Source: an uncultured Desulfobacter sp.
GTDB lineage: Bacteria > Desulfobacterota > Desulfobacteria > Desulfobacterales > Desulfobacteraceae
DNA: 64,000 nt
Direction of reading: 5' to 3'
NCBI GenBank assembly: GCA_963665095.1
Contig: OY762069.1
Span: 4,576,001-4,640,000 of the forward strand
Position numbers and translations under genes: made by a program
Notes under the pieces: generated by a model
The model's database searches: none
Told to the model about the DNA's origin: nothing
The model's input: only the letters and a program-made list of their open reading frames with translations
Part shown: in pieces, positions 10,720 to 19,672 of the stretch
Position numbering within the stretch: position 1 is the first letter of the stretch
Layout: each line of letters starts with the position of its first letter

Positions 10720-10791
10720 CCCTACCCAGACACATTGATTCGCCTGGGAGAACAGATAATTGGGTTGGCCGAATATTTACGCTCCACCTGA
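10720..10791 (+). pseudogene. Possible decayed PEP-CTERM sorting-tail fragment
   Basis: PYPDTLIRLGEQIIGLAEYLRST* aligns without gaps to PEPGTMFLLGLGLIGFAGIGRRR of 12078-12974 and is followed by a terminator. Confidence 0.4.
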
Positions 10792-10798
10792 AAGTAAA

Positions 10799-10838
10799 AC
10801 GGGTTCTGCATACTTTCGTGTGCAGAACCCGTACTTTT
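10799..10838 (+). terminator. Strong hairpin terminator with no intact gene upstream
   Basis: ACGGGTTCTGCATAC-TTTC-GTGTGCAGAACCCGT-ACTTTT. Confidence 0.65.
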
Positions 10839-10877
10839 ATAAGGGTAAAAAAGATGTGTTTAATTATAATTACAGCA

Positions 10878-11346
10878 AACATTCTGCCGGAAGGCTGCAT
10901 TTATCCTCGGGAAGAAAGAGCTGTCCGGGATATTTTACGCCGAAGACTTTTGTTTGTGCAGCAAAGAACAACTCAAATTTTGAGTTTACAAAGCATGATA
11001 ACAAGGCAACTTGGCATAAAAATGTCAGGCAATGCGATCAAAAAATTGAAGGAACCTGAGGTTCATCAAATGTTCGATTCAAATCAGGGGTTCATGGCAG
11101 CACTTCAGATCAGGACCATCAAGGACCTGAGTAATTCCATCAAAGAGATTGAACGACAGGCGCTTTCCCAGGTGAAAATGAAAAAAGCCTTTGAAATACT
11201 TAAAACAATACCGGGTGTCGGCAATATTCTGGCACTGACTATCATGCTTGAGGTTGGCGAGATCAAACGGTTTGCCAAGGTAGGATGCTATTCTTCCTAT
11301 TGCCGTTGTGATCCCCTTTGATGAGGTAGGGCTTTTTTGCCGGTAA
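10878..11346 (+). pseudogene. IS110-family transposase pseudogene
   Basis: ILPEGCIYPREERAVRDILRRR...LKTIPGVGNILALTIMLEVGEIKRFAKVGCYSSYCRC, then a frame jump at ~11310 into the C-terminal IPFDEVGLFCR*. The DEDD RuvC domain and the catalytic-Ser segment are missing. Confidence 0.85.
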
Positions 11347-11351
11347 ATTAA

Positions 11352-11640
11352 GGCTGCAGCAGCGAACCATTTCAGGGGTTGGTATGAACCATTAGGTTTG
11401 ATTGGCAACTGCTGCAGCCACACAGTTTTTATATCCTGATTCGCCTGTGCCGTGAGCCTGTACGGGATTGGTTAACAACCATAAGATTTGAAAACAAACA
11501 ATTAGCCACGGTACGGCACTGAAGATTTTCTGGGGTCTGAACGGACCAGGGGCCGTGTACCACGCATTTTGCCTGGTACACATCTGGCTTGAACCTGATG
11601 GGTGACTGGTGCGGATCATTTCCGTGAACCACACGACGAA
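11352..11640 (+). ncRNA. Candidate IS110/IS1111 bridge (seek) RNA with three related stem-loop modules
   Basis: Three GA(A/G)CC-N9-10-(T/C)TGGT-loop-ACCA modules at 11364, 11454 and 11591; closing stems GGCTGCAGCAG/CTGCTGCAGCC and GTGCCGT/ACGGCAC; module 3 contains ATGGGTGAC, identical to the element end at 11765-11773. Confidence 0.6.
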
Positions 11641-11767
11641 ATAACAGGCGCGGACAGGGAAAAAAGCTGTTGGTTTAAAACCAATTTACAAAATAGTGTG
11701 TGGGTCAAGAAAAAAAGGAGATTTTTTCTTAGGGGAGGTGTTTTTTCTCTTGACCCGGCCTTTAATG

Positions 11768-11780
11768 GGTGACCCCATGA
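11768..11780 (+). repeat. Right copy of 13-bp direct repeat GGTGACCCCATGA, at the IS110 right junction
   Basis: Identical to 7823-7835. Confidence 0.75.
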
Positions 11781-11814
11781 ACCATGAAAGATGTTGGAAC
11801 TCCGATAATATGAT

Positions 11815-11830
11815 TGTGAAAATTTTTACA
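11815..11830. promoter_or_regulatory. TGT-N10-ACA enhancer-like box upstream of the PEP-CTERM gene
   Basis: TGTGAAAATTTTTACA, ~170 bp upstream of a -24/-12 promoter. Confidence 0.5.
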
Positions 11831-12000
11831 CAACTAATAAAAAATTTCCCAATAATTGGAGACTTGTTGTAATGTTTTGTAAAGGTACAGCAAACTGCAA
11901 AATATGATGGCCAAGGACATTGCATCTATAACACACTTAAAATACAAAATATTTTTCATATATTGTATTTTTAACTATTTACGCTGCAGCTTTTATTTCT

Positions 12001-12017
12001 TTGGCCTCCTTTTTGCA
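12001..12017 (+). promoter_or_regulatory. Sigma-54 promoter of the PEP-CTERM gene
   Basis: TTGGCCTCCTTTTTGCA, GG-N10-GC. Confidence 0.7.
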
Positions 12018-12077
12018 TATGTATACATGCAGGCAAAGGGCCTATTTTAAAAGATCTAAATTATCTAAAGAAGGAGA

Positions 12078-12974
12078 ATGATTATGAAATTCTTAAAATT
12101 GTTATTAGTATTAGCGTTTTTATTATTTTCAACAAGTTCAGCTTATGCCGAAAGCTTCGGTGTCAATTTAGACAATGATGCCGATTTGGAAATCTGGACA
12201 AATGGGGATGACAAGTTAATGGAGGGAGGAACCGGTGCCGTTATTTTAACCTCTTCTGATACTTTTTATGAAGTGGCTGTTGGAACTATTAGTGCTTTTT
12301 TGGATAATAATGTTTTTCCTAACAATCAGAGTTCCGATGCATATGCTAACAATGTACTTACGTATGTTCTTGAAGGAACAGGAAACGTAGACATAACGGC
12401 TAGTGAGCATTCTTTTGATTTTACCGATGCAACCATTTCTTTTTATCTTACCCCCACCAGCACCGCCACAGATTCCTACCTCTTGGCAGAGTCGTTAGCT
12501 ACTGGCGACGCAATTGCTACCTTCAGCCTGACGAGCGGTTCCGGGACGCTTCAAACAACACCGGGAGAGACCGATGGCCTTGATATCTTTGCCTTGGACA
12601 ATGCAGATATAGACAATGATGTTTTTTTCTTCATCAATTCAGATGGTACTCTGTCAGATTGGGCTGATCTGAATATCGTCACTAGTCTTTTTATAGAAAT
12701 CTGGATCGATACAAAAAATATGCTTATCACTAATGAAGACGATCAAGATTCATTAGATGAGACTCAAGCTGTTTTTACGGAGTTGTTCACAGCTGTTGCT
12801 ACCGGAGCCCTTGACGGTGCGACTCCCGATTCTACTGTAGACGACAACATGTTTATCGTACGTACTCAAGGTGGAGGAGTGAGTGCCTCAATAGTCCCTG
12901 AGCCGGGAACAATGTTCCTCCTCGGTTTGGGTCTTATCGGTTTTGCGGGCATAGGAAGAAGAAGGGTTAACTAA
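12078..12974 (+). CDS. PEP-CTERM sorting-domain surface protein
   Basis: Signal peptide (SSAYA), acidic Asp/Thr/Ser-rich body and a VPEPGTMFLLGLGLIGFAGIGRRRVN tail. Confidence 0.95.
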   Translation: MIMKFLKLLLVLAFLLFSTSSAYAESFGVNLDNDADLEIWTNGDDKLMEGGTGAVILTSSDTFYEVAVGTISAFLDNNVFPNNQSSDAYANNVLTYVLEGTGNVDITASEHSFDFTDATISFYLTPTSTATDSYLLAESLATGDAIATFSLTSGSGTLQTTPGETDGLDIFALDNADIDNDVFFFINSDGTLSDWADLNIVTSLFIEIWIDTKNMLITNEDDQDSLDETQAVFTELFTAVATGALDGATPDSTVDDNMFIVRTQGGGVSASIVPEPGTMFLLGLGLIGFAGIGRRRVN

Positions 12975-13013
12975 AAACGACTTCTTAATTACTATCCTCC
13001 CATAAAAATTAAC

Positions 13014-13048
13014 AAAAGCCGGCGGGTTAAAAACCCGCCGGCTTTTTT
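13014..13048 (+). terminator. Intrinsic terminator
   Basis: AAAAGCCGGCGGGTT-AAA-AACCCGCCGGCTTTTTT. Confidence 0.9.
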
Positions 13049-13543
13049 GTTTTAGATTAAAATCTTAGAGTCCATACCGGCCAATGGCTTTTAGATAGAC
13101 GGGCTTTGTCCCGTAACCGGGAGGCCTCATGATCATGAAGCCCCATAGTTATAAGGAAAGCCCCGTTAGTTCTAACTGGTTTCTGTCCTGTCTTCTCCTC
13201 ATATCGGTTGCAAGTTACGACCATTACGCTACCTCATTAAGCCTAACTTTACTGATACAATATCCTCGATTGAGCCCAACAAAAATTCAGACCAGTTGAC
13301 TTTTCATTATCCAGTATCCACCTATGAACCCTCACGGCACTATCCCCTTCAGGAAACCGATTGTCTTTGCGACACTGTATTGCAGGAGGGCTTTTAAGAA
13401 CAAAGACATTTCTGTCTGCATAGTTCTCGGAACATCTCGCCAACCTCTCTTGGGAATTTTACATATAGTTTCTTTTGTCTGCATTTTGGTACAAACTACC
13501 ACAGAATCTTTTCAATCCGATCTTAAGAGAGTTTAAGGCCAGA

Positions 13544-15538
13544 CTAAAACCGCCATATAATATCAAAATAAACAAAATCATAGTTCCCAAACCGCCCCAA
13601 CCAGGTATCGGTGTCTCCGAAAAAAAAACCTGCCCCGGCCCGGCATTCCAGATTAGTGACATATGTATATTTCAGATACGGATTATAATAGGCTCCGTTG
13701 TTGTTCAGGTTTCTGGTAAACTCGAAGCAGGCTTTCAGCCAGTCTGAAATTATATCTACACTTAATTTTCCCATTATGGAATAGGTATCCTGCTCAAAGA
13801 ACAGCACGGAAGAGTCGTGGTCGGAGATATGCTTGTGGCCGAACTGAAGGTTCAGGTAGGTGTTACCGGCTGTGGTGTAATCTGCGCCAATGATATAAAA
13901 CAGAGATGGCAACCGTTTGGAGGTCAGGCTGTCTGTCAGAAAAGACTCTTTTTCCCGCCATGCCGCCTCACCACGTACCCCCAGTCCGGAAAGGGTGGTT
14001 TCAAATTCAAAGCCGAAAATATTGGTTCGCTTGTATTCAATCTCGATATCTTCGTTTGTGAAATCCGCCGGGGAAACGCTGCTCAGGGCGACAGACAGCG
14101 AATCAACGGAGAATCCGTCTGTCAGCTTAAGATTTTTAATGGGAAAACTGGATATATACGGCAGGTCTTCATTGGCCCGGTGATAGGTCAGCCCCAAATC
14201 CACAGACGCTATGGTGGCAGCGATCCTTGCGCCCCATTCCTTTTCGTTGGAAGGCTGAGTCTCATGGATGGCCATATTGTTAAAATAGCTTTTCAGGTAA
14301 TCCGGTACACTGGCGTTGGAAATCTCTTTTTTGATATGGCCGAACATGGACCAGTTGGTCTTGTAATAGTCCATGTTCGCTTTTTCAAAAAACGGAATAA
14401 AAACACCTTCCACGCTGAAGTTATCTGTACGAAGGGTGAGGTCTGCCATCCACACCGGCATTTTACGCTCCTCGTAATCAGGGATGACAAATTCTCTTAA
14501 ATCCTCCGGGTTCAGGGTGTCCACAGGGCTCATCTGGTCTGTCTTTCCCCAGCGGATGATCTGTTTACCCAGGGAAAGATCGGCATGGTCCCCGTGGACC
14601 ATCCATTTGGCTTCATAGATCTCCGCATCATAATCATCTGTCCGGTCTTCCTGGCCAAAATAAATATAGTCCGATCTTACTGATAAAAGAATGACATCTT
14701 TATAGGCACCTTCTACTGTTACCTTGTTCCTGAAAGAGGTTCTGTTTTCCACCCCGTCCCGATCCCTGATGGTTAATATGGGCCGGATCTGAATCTTTCC
14801 GCCAACAGAAAAATTTGAGGGTTCTTCATCCTGCTGCGTATCTGCAAAAATATCGTCCGGCATCCCTGTATCCAGCAGCGCTCCCTGGGGCATTGTATCC
14901 TGACTGGCTGAATCCTTATCTTCTGTGTTCTGAAGATCGTTGTCCAGCACCTCAGCTACTTGTACATTCTCACTCTGATCATCAACAGTTCCGGGTTGCG
15001 GGATTTCCTCAGCGGGCGGTGTTGACTGCGATACCCCCCCTTGTTGTTCAGGTGCGTTCGCTTCTAATTCCTTTTTAGAGAGGTTTTCTTGATTTTCCGG
15101 AATAACAGTCTTGGGAGAGCCGGATACAGAGATTTCAATTCCAAAGGCAGGAGAGCCGGACCGGGCAATGGAATAGGAGTAGTTGGAGCCTTCTTGAATT
15201 ACCAGAACCACACGGACTTTTTGTGTTGTATTTTGCCCGGCCCTTATCAAATTGATCAAAGCCCCGTTCGTCTGCCGTTCAAAACGCACTTCCGGAATCA
15301 CGCAATCGTCAATGTCCACGACGATTCTCTCGGGCTGATGGAGGACAAAATGAGAATAGTGAAAGGCTCTGCTAAGCTCAATATTAATCGTTTCGCCGGA
15401 GGCGGTTTCCTGACTTTCAACTTGAACAATCCGGCTCGCAGCCTGAGCTTTTCCAGCAGAGCAGAAAAACAGGCAAACAAAAACGCAAAAGAACAAATTT
15501 AAAGCTGTCCATACGAAATTTACAATAATTGATCGCAT
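13544..15538 (-). CDS. Exported protein: AMIN domain, acidic linker and outer-membrane beta-barrel (DUF1302-like)
   Basis: Signal peptide, PERIVVDI...IRAGQ...VRVVL AMIN motif, LGKQIIRWGKTD..SPVD.LNP motif and a terminal Phe (IIWRF). Confidence 0.75.
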   Translation of the reverse strand: MRSIIVNFVWTALNLFFCVFVCLFFCSAGKAQAASRIVQVESQETASGETINIELSRAFHYSHFVLHQPERIVVDIDDCVIPEVRFERQTNGALINLIRAGQNTTQKVRVVLVIQEGSNYSYSIARSGSPAFGIEISVSGSPKTVIPENQENLSKKELEANAPEQQGGVSQSTPPAEEIPQPGTVDDQSENVQVAEVLDNDLQNTEDKDSASQDTMPQGALLDTGMPDDIFADTQQDEEPSNFSVGGKIQIRPILTIRDRDGVENRTSFRNKVTVEGAYKDVILLSVRSDYIYFGQEDRTDDYDAEIYEAKWMVHGDHADLSLGKQIIRWGKTDQMSPVDTLNPEDLREFVIPDYEERKMPVWMADLTLRTDNFSVEGVFIPFFEKANMDYYKTNWSMFGHIKKEISNASVPDYLKSYFNNMAIHETQPSNEKEWGARIAATIASVDLGLTYHRANEDLPYISSFPIKNLKLTDGFSVDSLSVALSSVSPADFTNEDIEIEYKRTNIFGFEFETTLSGLGVRGEAAWREKESFLTDSLTSKRLPSLFYIIGADYTTAGNTYLNLQFGHKHISDHDSSVLFFEQDTYSIMGKLSVDIISDWLKACFEFTRNLNNNGAYYNPYLKYTYVTNLECRAGAGFFFGDTDTWLGRFGNYDFVYFDIIWRF

Positions 15539-15602
15539 TGCTTAAATCCCCGGTTAAGATATGTTTGGTTATTATCGGTATGACAGGGGATAAAATTTAG
15601 AA

Positions 15603-16385
15603 CTACAGCGGCGTTTCCAGTTTATTTCTGGAAACATCATCTTTGGTTATACCTTTATTATAGTCTACACTTTCAAGCTTGATATAGGTGGTATGCTTTT
15701 TTTTAAGATCTGACATACTGATCACCATTTCCGTAAAAATACCCTGGACATTTTCAAGCTTCATTACCTTATAGGTCTTAATGTGCGTGCCTTTATCATC
15801 AAAATACTCCGCAACCAGCGGGACATAGGACTCTTTGGTAACATGGGAGATGGTTTTCGAATACTGGGACTCAACACCTGGTTTTGGGGATGATTCCAGG
15901 ATGTAGCACTCTATATCGCCCACCTTTGCAGAGCCTGTGATTTTATATGTGTAATTATCCACAGGGTGCCGCTCCATGTCCTCATAGGTGAAATCCGTAT
16001 TCACAAACCGGCTGGATTTCTGGGAGGCGACGATTCGCCGGGTTCGCCGCAGGGCCGGCAGATATAAGAACTGCTCTGTTTCCCAGCCCGGCTGCTCAAT
16101 GGTTAAAAAACCGGTCCCTTTAATATCTGCCGGGTCTGTGAACTGAAGCAGCTGCTGTTCAAGCCCATTTTCCGTCACACGCAGGGTGACAAGTTTTCTG
16201 GCCTTTTTTTTCCCGGAAGAATTGACCAGAACCATCTGGGCGGAGGATGTCACATCCTGGCCTCTGTCCCGGTCAAAAACCTTCTGGGCCAGCTGCTGCC
16301 CTGTCAGATCAGATGCAGCTGCCGTACATGTAAAAAAAACCGTGAAAGCCGGAATGATTAACCAACGTGCCGTCAATTTCATCAT
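15603..16385 (-). CDS. Outer-membrane lipoprotein-sorting (LolA-like) protein
   Basis: F.DPADIKGTGFL, QFLYLPALRRTRRI and FVNTDFTYEDM motifs. Confidence 0.85.
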   Translation of the reverse strand: MMKLTARWLIIPAFTVFFTCTAAASDLTGQQLAQKVFDRDRGQDVTSSAQMVLVNSSGKKKARKLVTLRVTENGLEQQLLQFTDPADIKGTGFLTIEQPGWETEQFLYLPALRRTRRIVASQKSSRFVNTDFTYEDMERHPVDNYTYKITGSAKVGDIECYILESSPKPGVESQYSKTISHVTKESYVPLVAEYFDDKGTHIKTYKVMKLENVQGIFTEMVISMSDLKKKHTTYIKLESVDYNKGITKDDVSRNKLETPL

Positions 16386-18667
16386 TTTTTAATTTCCTCC
16401 ATCAGTTTTTCTGCGTCTTCGGCCCCGGCAAAATCCTTGCTGATTTTAAGGGCCTCATTAAGATTATCTAACGCCTGTTTATCGTCGCCTCTTTTATGGA
16501 GAGCAAGGGCGAGATGATACAGGATCACTGGATTATCCGGAACTTTTTTAAGGCTGTCAGTGTATTCGGCAATGGCATTGCCATATAATCCTTTTTTATA
16601 ATAGGCATATCCCATGGTGTCCATGATATTGGGATCTTCAGGAAACCGGGCCTTGGCTTTCTGCGCATAAAGCAGGGCTTCTTCCTCTTTCTGGGTGTGC
16701 ATTGACAAAAGGTAAGACAGGTTATTGGCGGCTGCCGCATTATCCGGATTACTCTCAAGGGCGTTGCGGTAATAATCTTCTGCTGCCTGGAAATCTTTTT
16801 CCGACTCTGCCAGGATGCCGAGCATCATATAGGCCCCGGACTGCTTGGGGTTGTGCTCAATAACAGTCTTGTACTGGGCCTTGGCCTGTGCCACATCTTT
16901 TTCCGCAATATAGATGGCAGCCAGAGCATTATAGGCTTTTATATAATCCGGATCTGTGGAGATCGCCTCATTTAAAACCTGCTTTGCCTCCTCCGGCTTC
17001 TTCTCGGCAAGGAAGACACTTGCTTGAGTGCCAAGGATCATGGCTGAAACCCGCTTATTCTCCTCTGCAATGTTTAGCTGGTCCTGGCAGATATCATGGG
17101 CCCGGTCAAACTGCTTCCGGGCCACGGCGGTTCTGACTCTCAAGTTAAAGACATCCAGCAGTTTATTGTTTAAAGCATAGGCCTTGTCAAGAAGCGTATC
17201 CGATGCCTCCCAGTCTTTCATGGCTGCCTTCAGAGCGCCCAGGCGATAAAACCCGGTGGGGTTTTCCGGATCAATTTCCGTTAATTTCAGGAGATCCTGC
17301 TCTGCTTCTTTGACTTCCCGGGTAACCAATAAGGCTTCCGACCGCATTAGCCGGGCCCTGTAATTGTCAGGGGCAAGCTTGAGAAGCTCACTTGTCTGGT
17401 TGATGCACAAGTCAAAGGATTTCTGGCGAAGATACAGTTCTGACAGCAGCAGTCGTGCCGAGCTGCTATTGGGATTTAATTCAACGGCTTTATACACATT
17501 AGCCGCTGCCTGGTTCAAATCCCCCATCCCCATATAACAAAGCCCTTTTAGATATTTTACACGGGAGTCACTGGGCGCTTCTTTTTCAAGATCTGTCAAG
17601 ATATTGATGGTAGACTGAAATTCTTTATTACGCATGCGGATCTCAGCATCAAGCATTCTGGCGGAAGGGAAACGGGGACGTTTTGCCAGGATATCTTTTA
17701 CCATCTTACCGGCCTTATCCACCTCTTTTGTTTCATAGAGCAAGCGGGCCACGGTCATCTGGATATTTATGTTGTCCGGATCCAGGGACTGGGCTTTTTC
17801 AAGCTGCTCATAGGCTTTGTCATCCTCTCCGGTTGCCTTGTAGAAGGCTGCCAGTTTTATCAGGGGCTCGGGTTTATCCGGATCACACGCTACAGCATCT
17901 TGAAAAGCCGCTTCAGCAGCGTCATTTTTCTTTATTCTTTGATAGAAATTTGCCAGGACGATTCTGTGAGAACCACTGTCAGGGTGCTCTTCTGCTGAGG
18001 CCAGTAATTGTTCCTCAGCTTTATCCAGCTTCTTTTGTGCGATATAGAATCTGGCCAGGTTCATTCTGGGCTTGGTTTTGTCTTCAGCCGCAGCCACCGC
18101 TTTTGCCAGAAATGATTCTGCCTGTTCAAACTCCCTGTGTTGTATTTTGATCCCGGCCATTGCCTGAAGGGCTGCCACATGCCCGTCATCAATGCCCAGT
18201 ATTTTCTCAAAAACCCCCTGGGCATTGTCCCATTGTTTTTCCAGAACAAGAACCTGCCCCCGGATCAAAAGGGCCTCCAGGTTCTCCGGGTCCTTTTCCA
18301 GCACCTTGTCAATTCGCTGCCGGGTTTCACCAAATTTTTTACCCAGAAGAAAAAACCTGGCCAGTTTAATCAGGCATTCTGTATTGCTGTTGTCCGCTTT
18401 TTCCACCTGGAGATACAGGGCAAACGCCTGTTTGACCTGACCCAGCTTCATGTAGGTATCCCCAAGTTTCATCAGGGTATCGGGCCCGGCTTTGCCCGTC
18501 TGAAGGGCGTTTTTATATTCTATTTCCGCCTTTTTATAGTCGTTTTGAGCAAAATATTTATCTGCCTTTTCAATAAACTTCTCCTTTTTATGCTCCGGTG
18601 ATGAACATCCTAAAGAACAAACCAGAATCATTAGAAGAGCCCGGACGAACACAGGACGGAATTTCAT
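16382..18667 (-). CDS. PrsT-like TPR-repeat lipoprotein
   Basis: Lipobox SLGC, KAEIEYKNALQ, many TPRs, NNLSYLL...MDTMGYAYYKKG; GGAGG RBS before ATG 18667. Confidence 0.85.
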   Translation of the reverse strand: MKFRPVFVRALLMILVCSLGCSSPEHKKEKFIEKADKYFAQNDYKKAEIEYKNALQTGKAGPDTLMKLGDTYMKLGQVKQAFALYLQVEKADNSNTECLIKLARFFLLGKKFGETRQRIDKVLEKDPENLEALLIRGQVLVLEKQWDNAQGVFEKILGIDDGHVAALQAMAGIKIQHREFEQAESFLAKAVAAAEDKTKPRMNLARFYIAQKKLDKAEEQLLASAEEHPDSGSHRIVLANFYQRIKKNDAAEAAFQDAVACDPDKPEPLIKLAAFYKATGEDDKAYEQLEKAQSLDPDNINIQMTVARLLYETKEVDKAGKMVKDILAKRPRFPSARMLDAEIRMRNKEFQSTINILTDLEKEAPSDSRVKYLKGLCYMGMGDLNQAAANVYKAVELNPNSSSARLLLSELYLRQKSFDLCINQTSELLKLAPDNYRARLMRSEALLVTREVKEAEQDLLKLTEIDPENPTGFYRLGALKAAMKDWEASDTLLDKAYALNNKLLDVFNLRVRTAVARKQFDRAHDICQDQLNIAEENKRVSAMILGTQASVFLAEKKPEEAKQVLNEAISTDPDYIKAYNALAAIYIAEKDVAQAKAQYKTVIEHNPKQSGAYMMLGILAESEKDFQAAEDYYRNALESNPDNAAAANNLSYLLSMHTQKEEEALLYAQKAKARFPEDPNIMDTMGYAYYKKGLYGNAIAEYTDSLKKVPDNPVILYHLALALHKRGDDKQALDNLNEALKISKDFAGAEDAEKLMEEIKK

Positions 18668-18823
18668 GAAGAACGCCTCCAAAGCCATGATTCTTTACTT
18701 GAATGATGAAGTAAATTATGGCTTTTTTAGTTGCATTATGGTATCGCAAGTTTTTTAGATGTCTCAAAGAACTTAAATATTATGCGGGAAGCTGCTTTGT
18801 CAATTAAAAACTCGTTTCCAATA

Positions 18824-19672
18824 ATGTCCGCTAAAGCTTGTATATTAAATCTCACGTTCCTGACACTCTTTAATGTGGCCCCTGTAACAGTTCATGGATT
18901 TTATCATTTTCAACAGCAGGCTGAGCAAATATGGCTACCTGATTTTAACAGCCCCGATCAGGTGCCGGCCCCATCTAAATCATATGTTATTCAACAAAAC
19001 AGGGATGGGAACGCAGAAACCAGTTATTTACAACTGAAATCATCTGTATCAGATGCTGTTGCAGCAATGGAACTAAACGTTGATATCCCTTTTAATCTGC
19101 TGGCCCAAACCACGGCAGGACCTCAATTCTCCCTTGACCGGCAGATTGCTTCAAGCATGAGACTGAAAAATATTATGGATGAATATCTGGCACTAACAAG
19201 AAGAAGTGCTGAGTTGATGAAGTCGCTTGATATACCATACCTGAACAGATCATTTTCTGATAAAACCCAGAGCCAAGAGACTTCCCAGCCGGCACGGGAA
19301 GATTTTAAAAACGCCCTTCTGCTGAAAAAAGAACTTACCGGCATTGTACGGTATCAGGGCAGTAGACAGAACACTTCAGCTGCCGATTTTCCGCATCCTG
19401 CAATGGACCTGGTTCAGGGGCAAGGAGAAAAGGTAAGGCAGCCTCCCGGGGGCCTTCGTCCGTACAGGACCGGACAGAACTATGATGTTGCGACAAAACC
19501 AGCATCATACTATGTCAATTCCGTGCCGGGGAATCAGGACCAGCTGCCCTGGATATTTACCCTGGCCCTTAGTATTATCCGCTACATCACTGAGAATAAA
19601 GTTGAAATTCTTTTGTGCGTCCTGCTATCGGCAATGGTGTTAAGTTTTGGTATCGCAGTGATTAAAAAATGA
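18824..19672 (+). CDS. Hypothetical exported protein with C-terminal membrane anchor (start uncertain)
   Basis: Hydrophobic N-terminus; C-terminal LPWIF...ILLCVLLSAMVLSFGIAVIKK; ATGA overlap with the next gene. Confidence 0.65.
   Translation: MSAKACILNLTFLTLFNVAPVTVHGFYHFQQQAEQIWLPDFNSPDQVPAPSKSYVIQQNRDGNAETSYLQLKSSVSDAVAAMELNVDIPFNLLAQTTAGPQFSLDRQIASSMRLKNIMDEYLALTRRSAELMKSLDIPYLNRSFSDKTQSQETSQPAREDFKNALLLKKELTGIVRYQGSRQNTSAADFPHPAMDLVQGQGEKVRQPPGGLRPYRTGQNYDVATKPASYYVNSVPGNQDQLPWIFTLALSIIRYITENKVEILLCVLLSAMVLSFGIAVIKK

Larger units (their letters stand above)
10876..11770 (+). mobile_element. IS110/IS1111-family insertion sequence relic (5'-truncated, internally deleted, right end preserved)
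   Basis: Transposase fragment followed by ~420 nt of structured non-coding sequence ending TTGACCCGGCCTTTAATGGGT. Confidence 0.8.

Noticed and set aside
10818..11321. 167-aa ORF as an intact transposase
   Set aside because: It lacks the RuvC DEDD domain and the catalytic-Ser region, and its first ~20 codons are non-homologous sequence
11352..11640. Repeated modules as a CRISPR array
   Set aside because: The repeats are degenerate, irregularly spaced and nested in stems directly after an IS110 transposase; there are no cas genes
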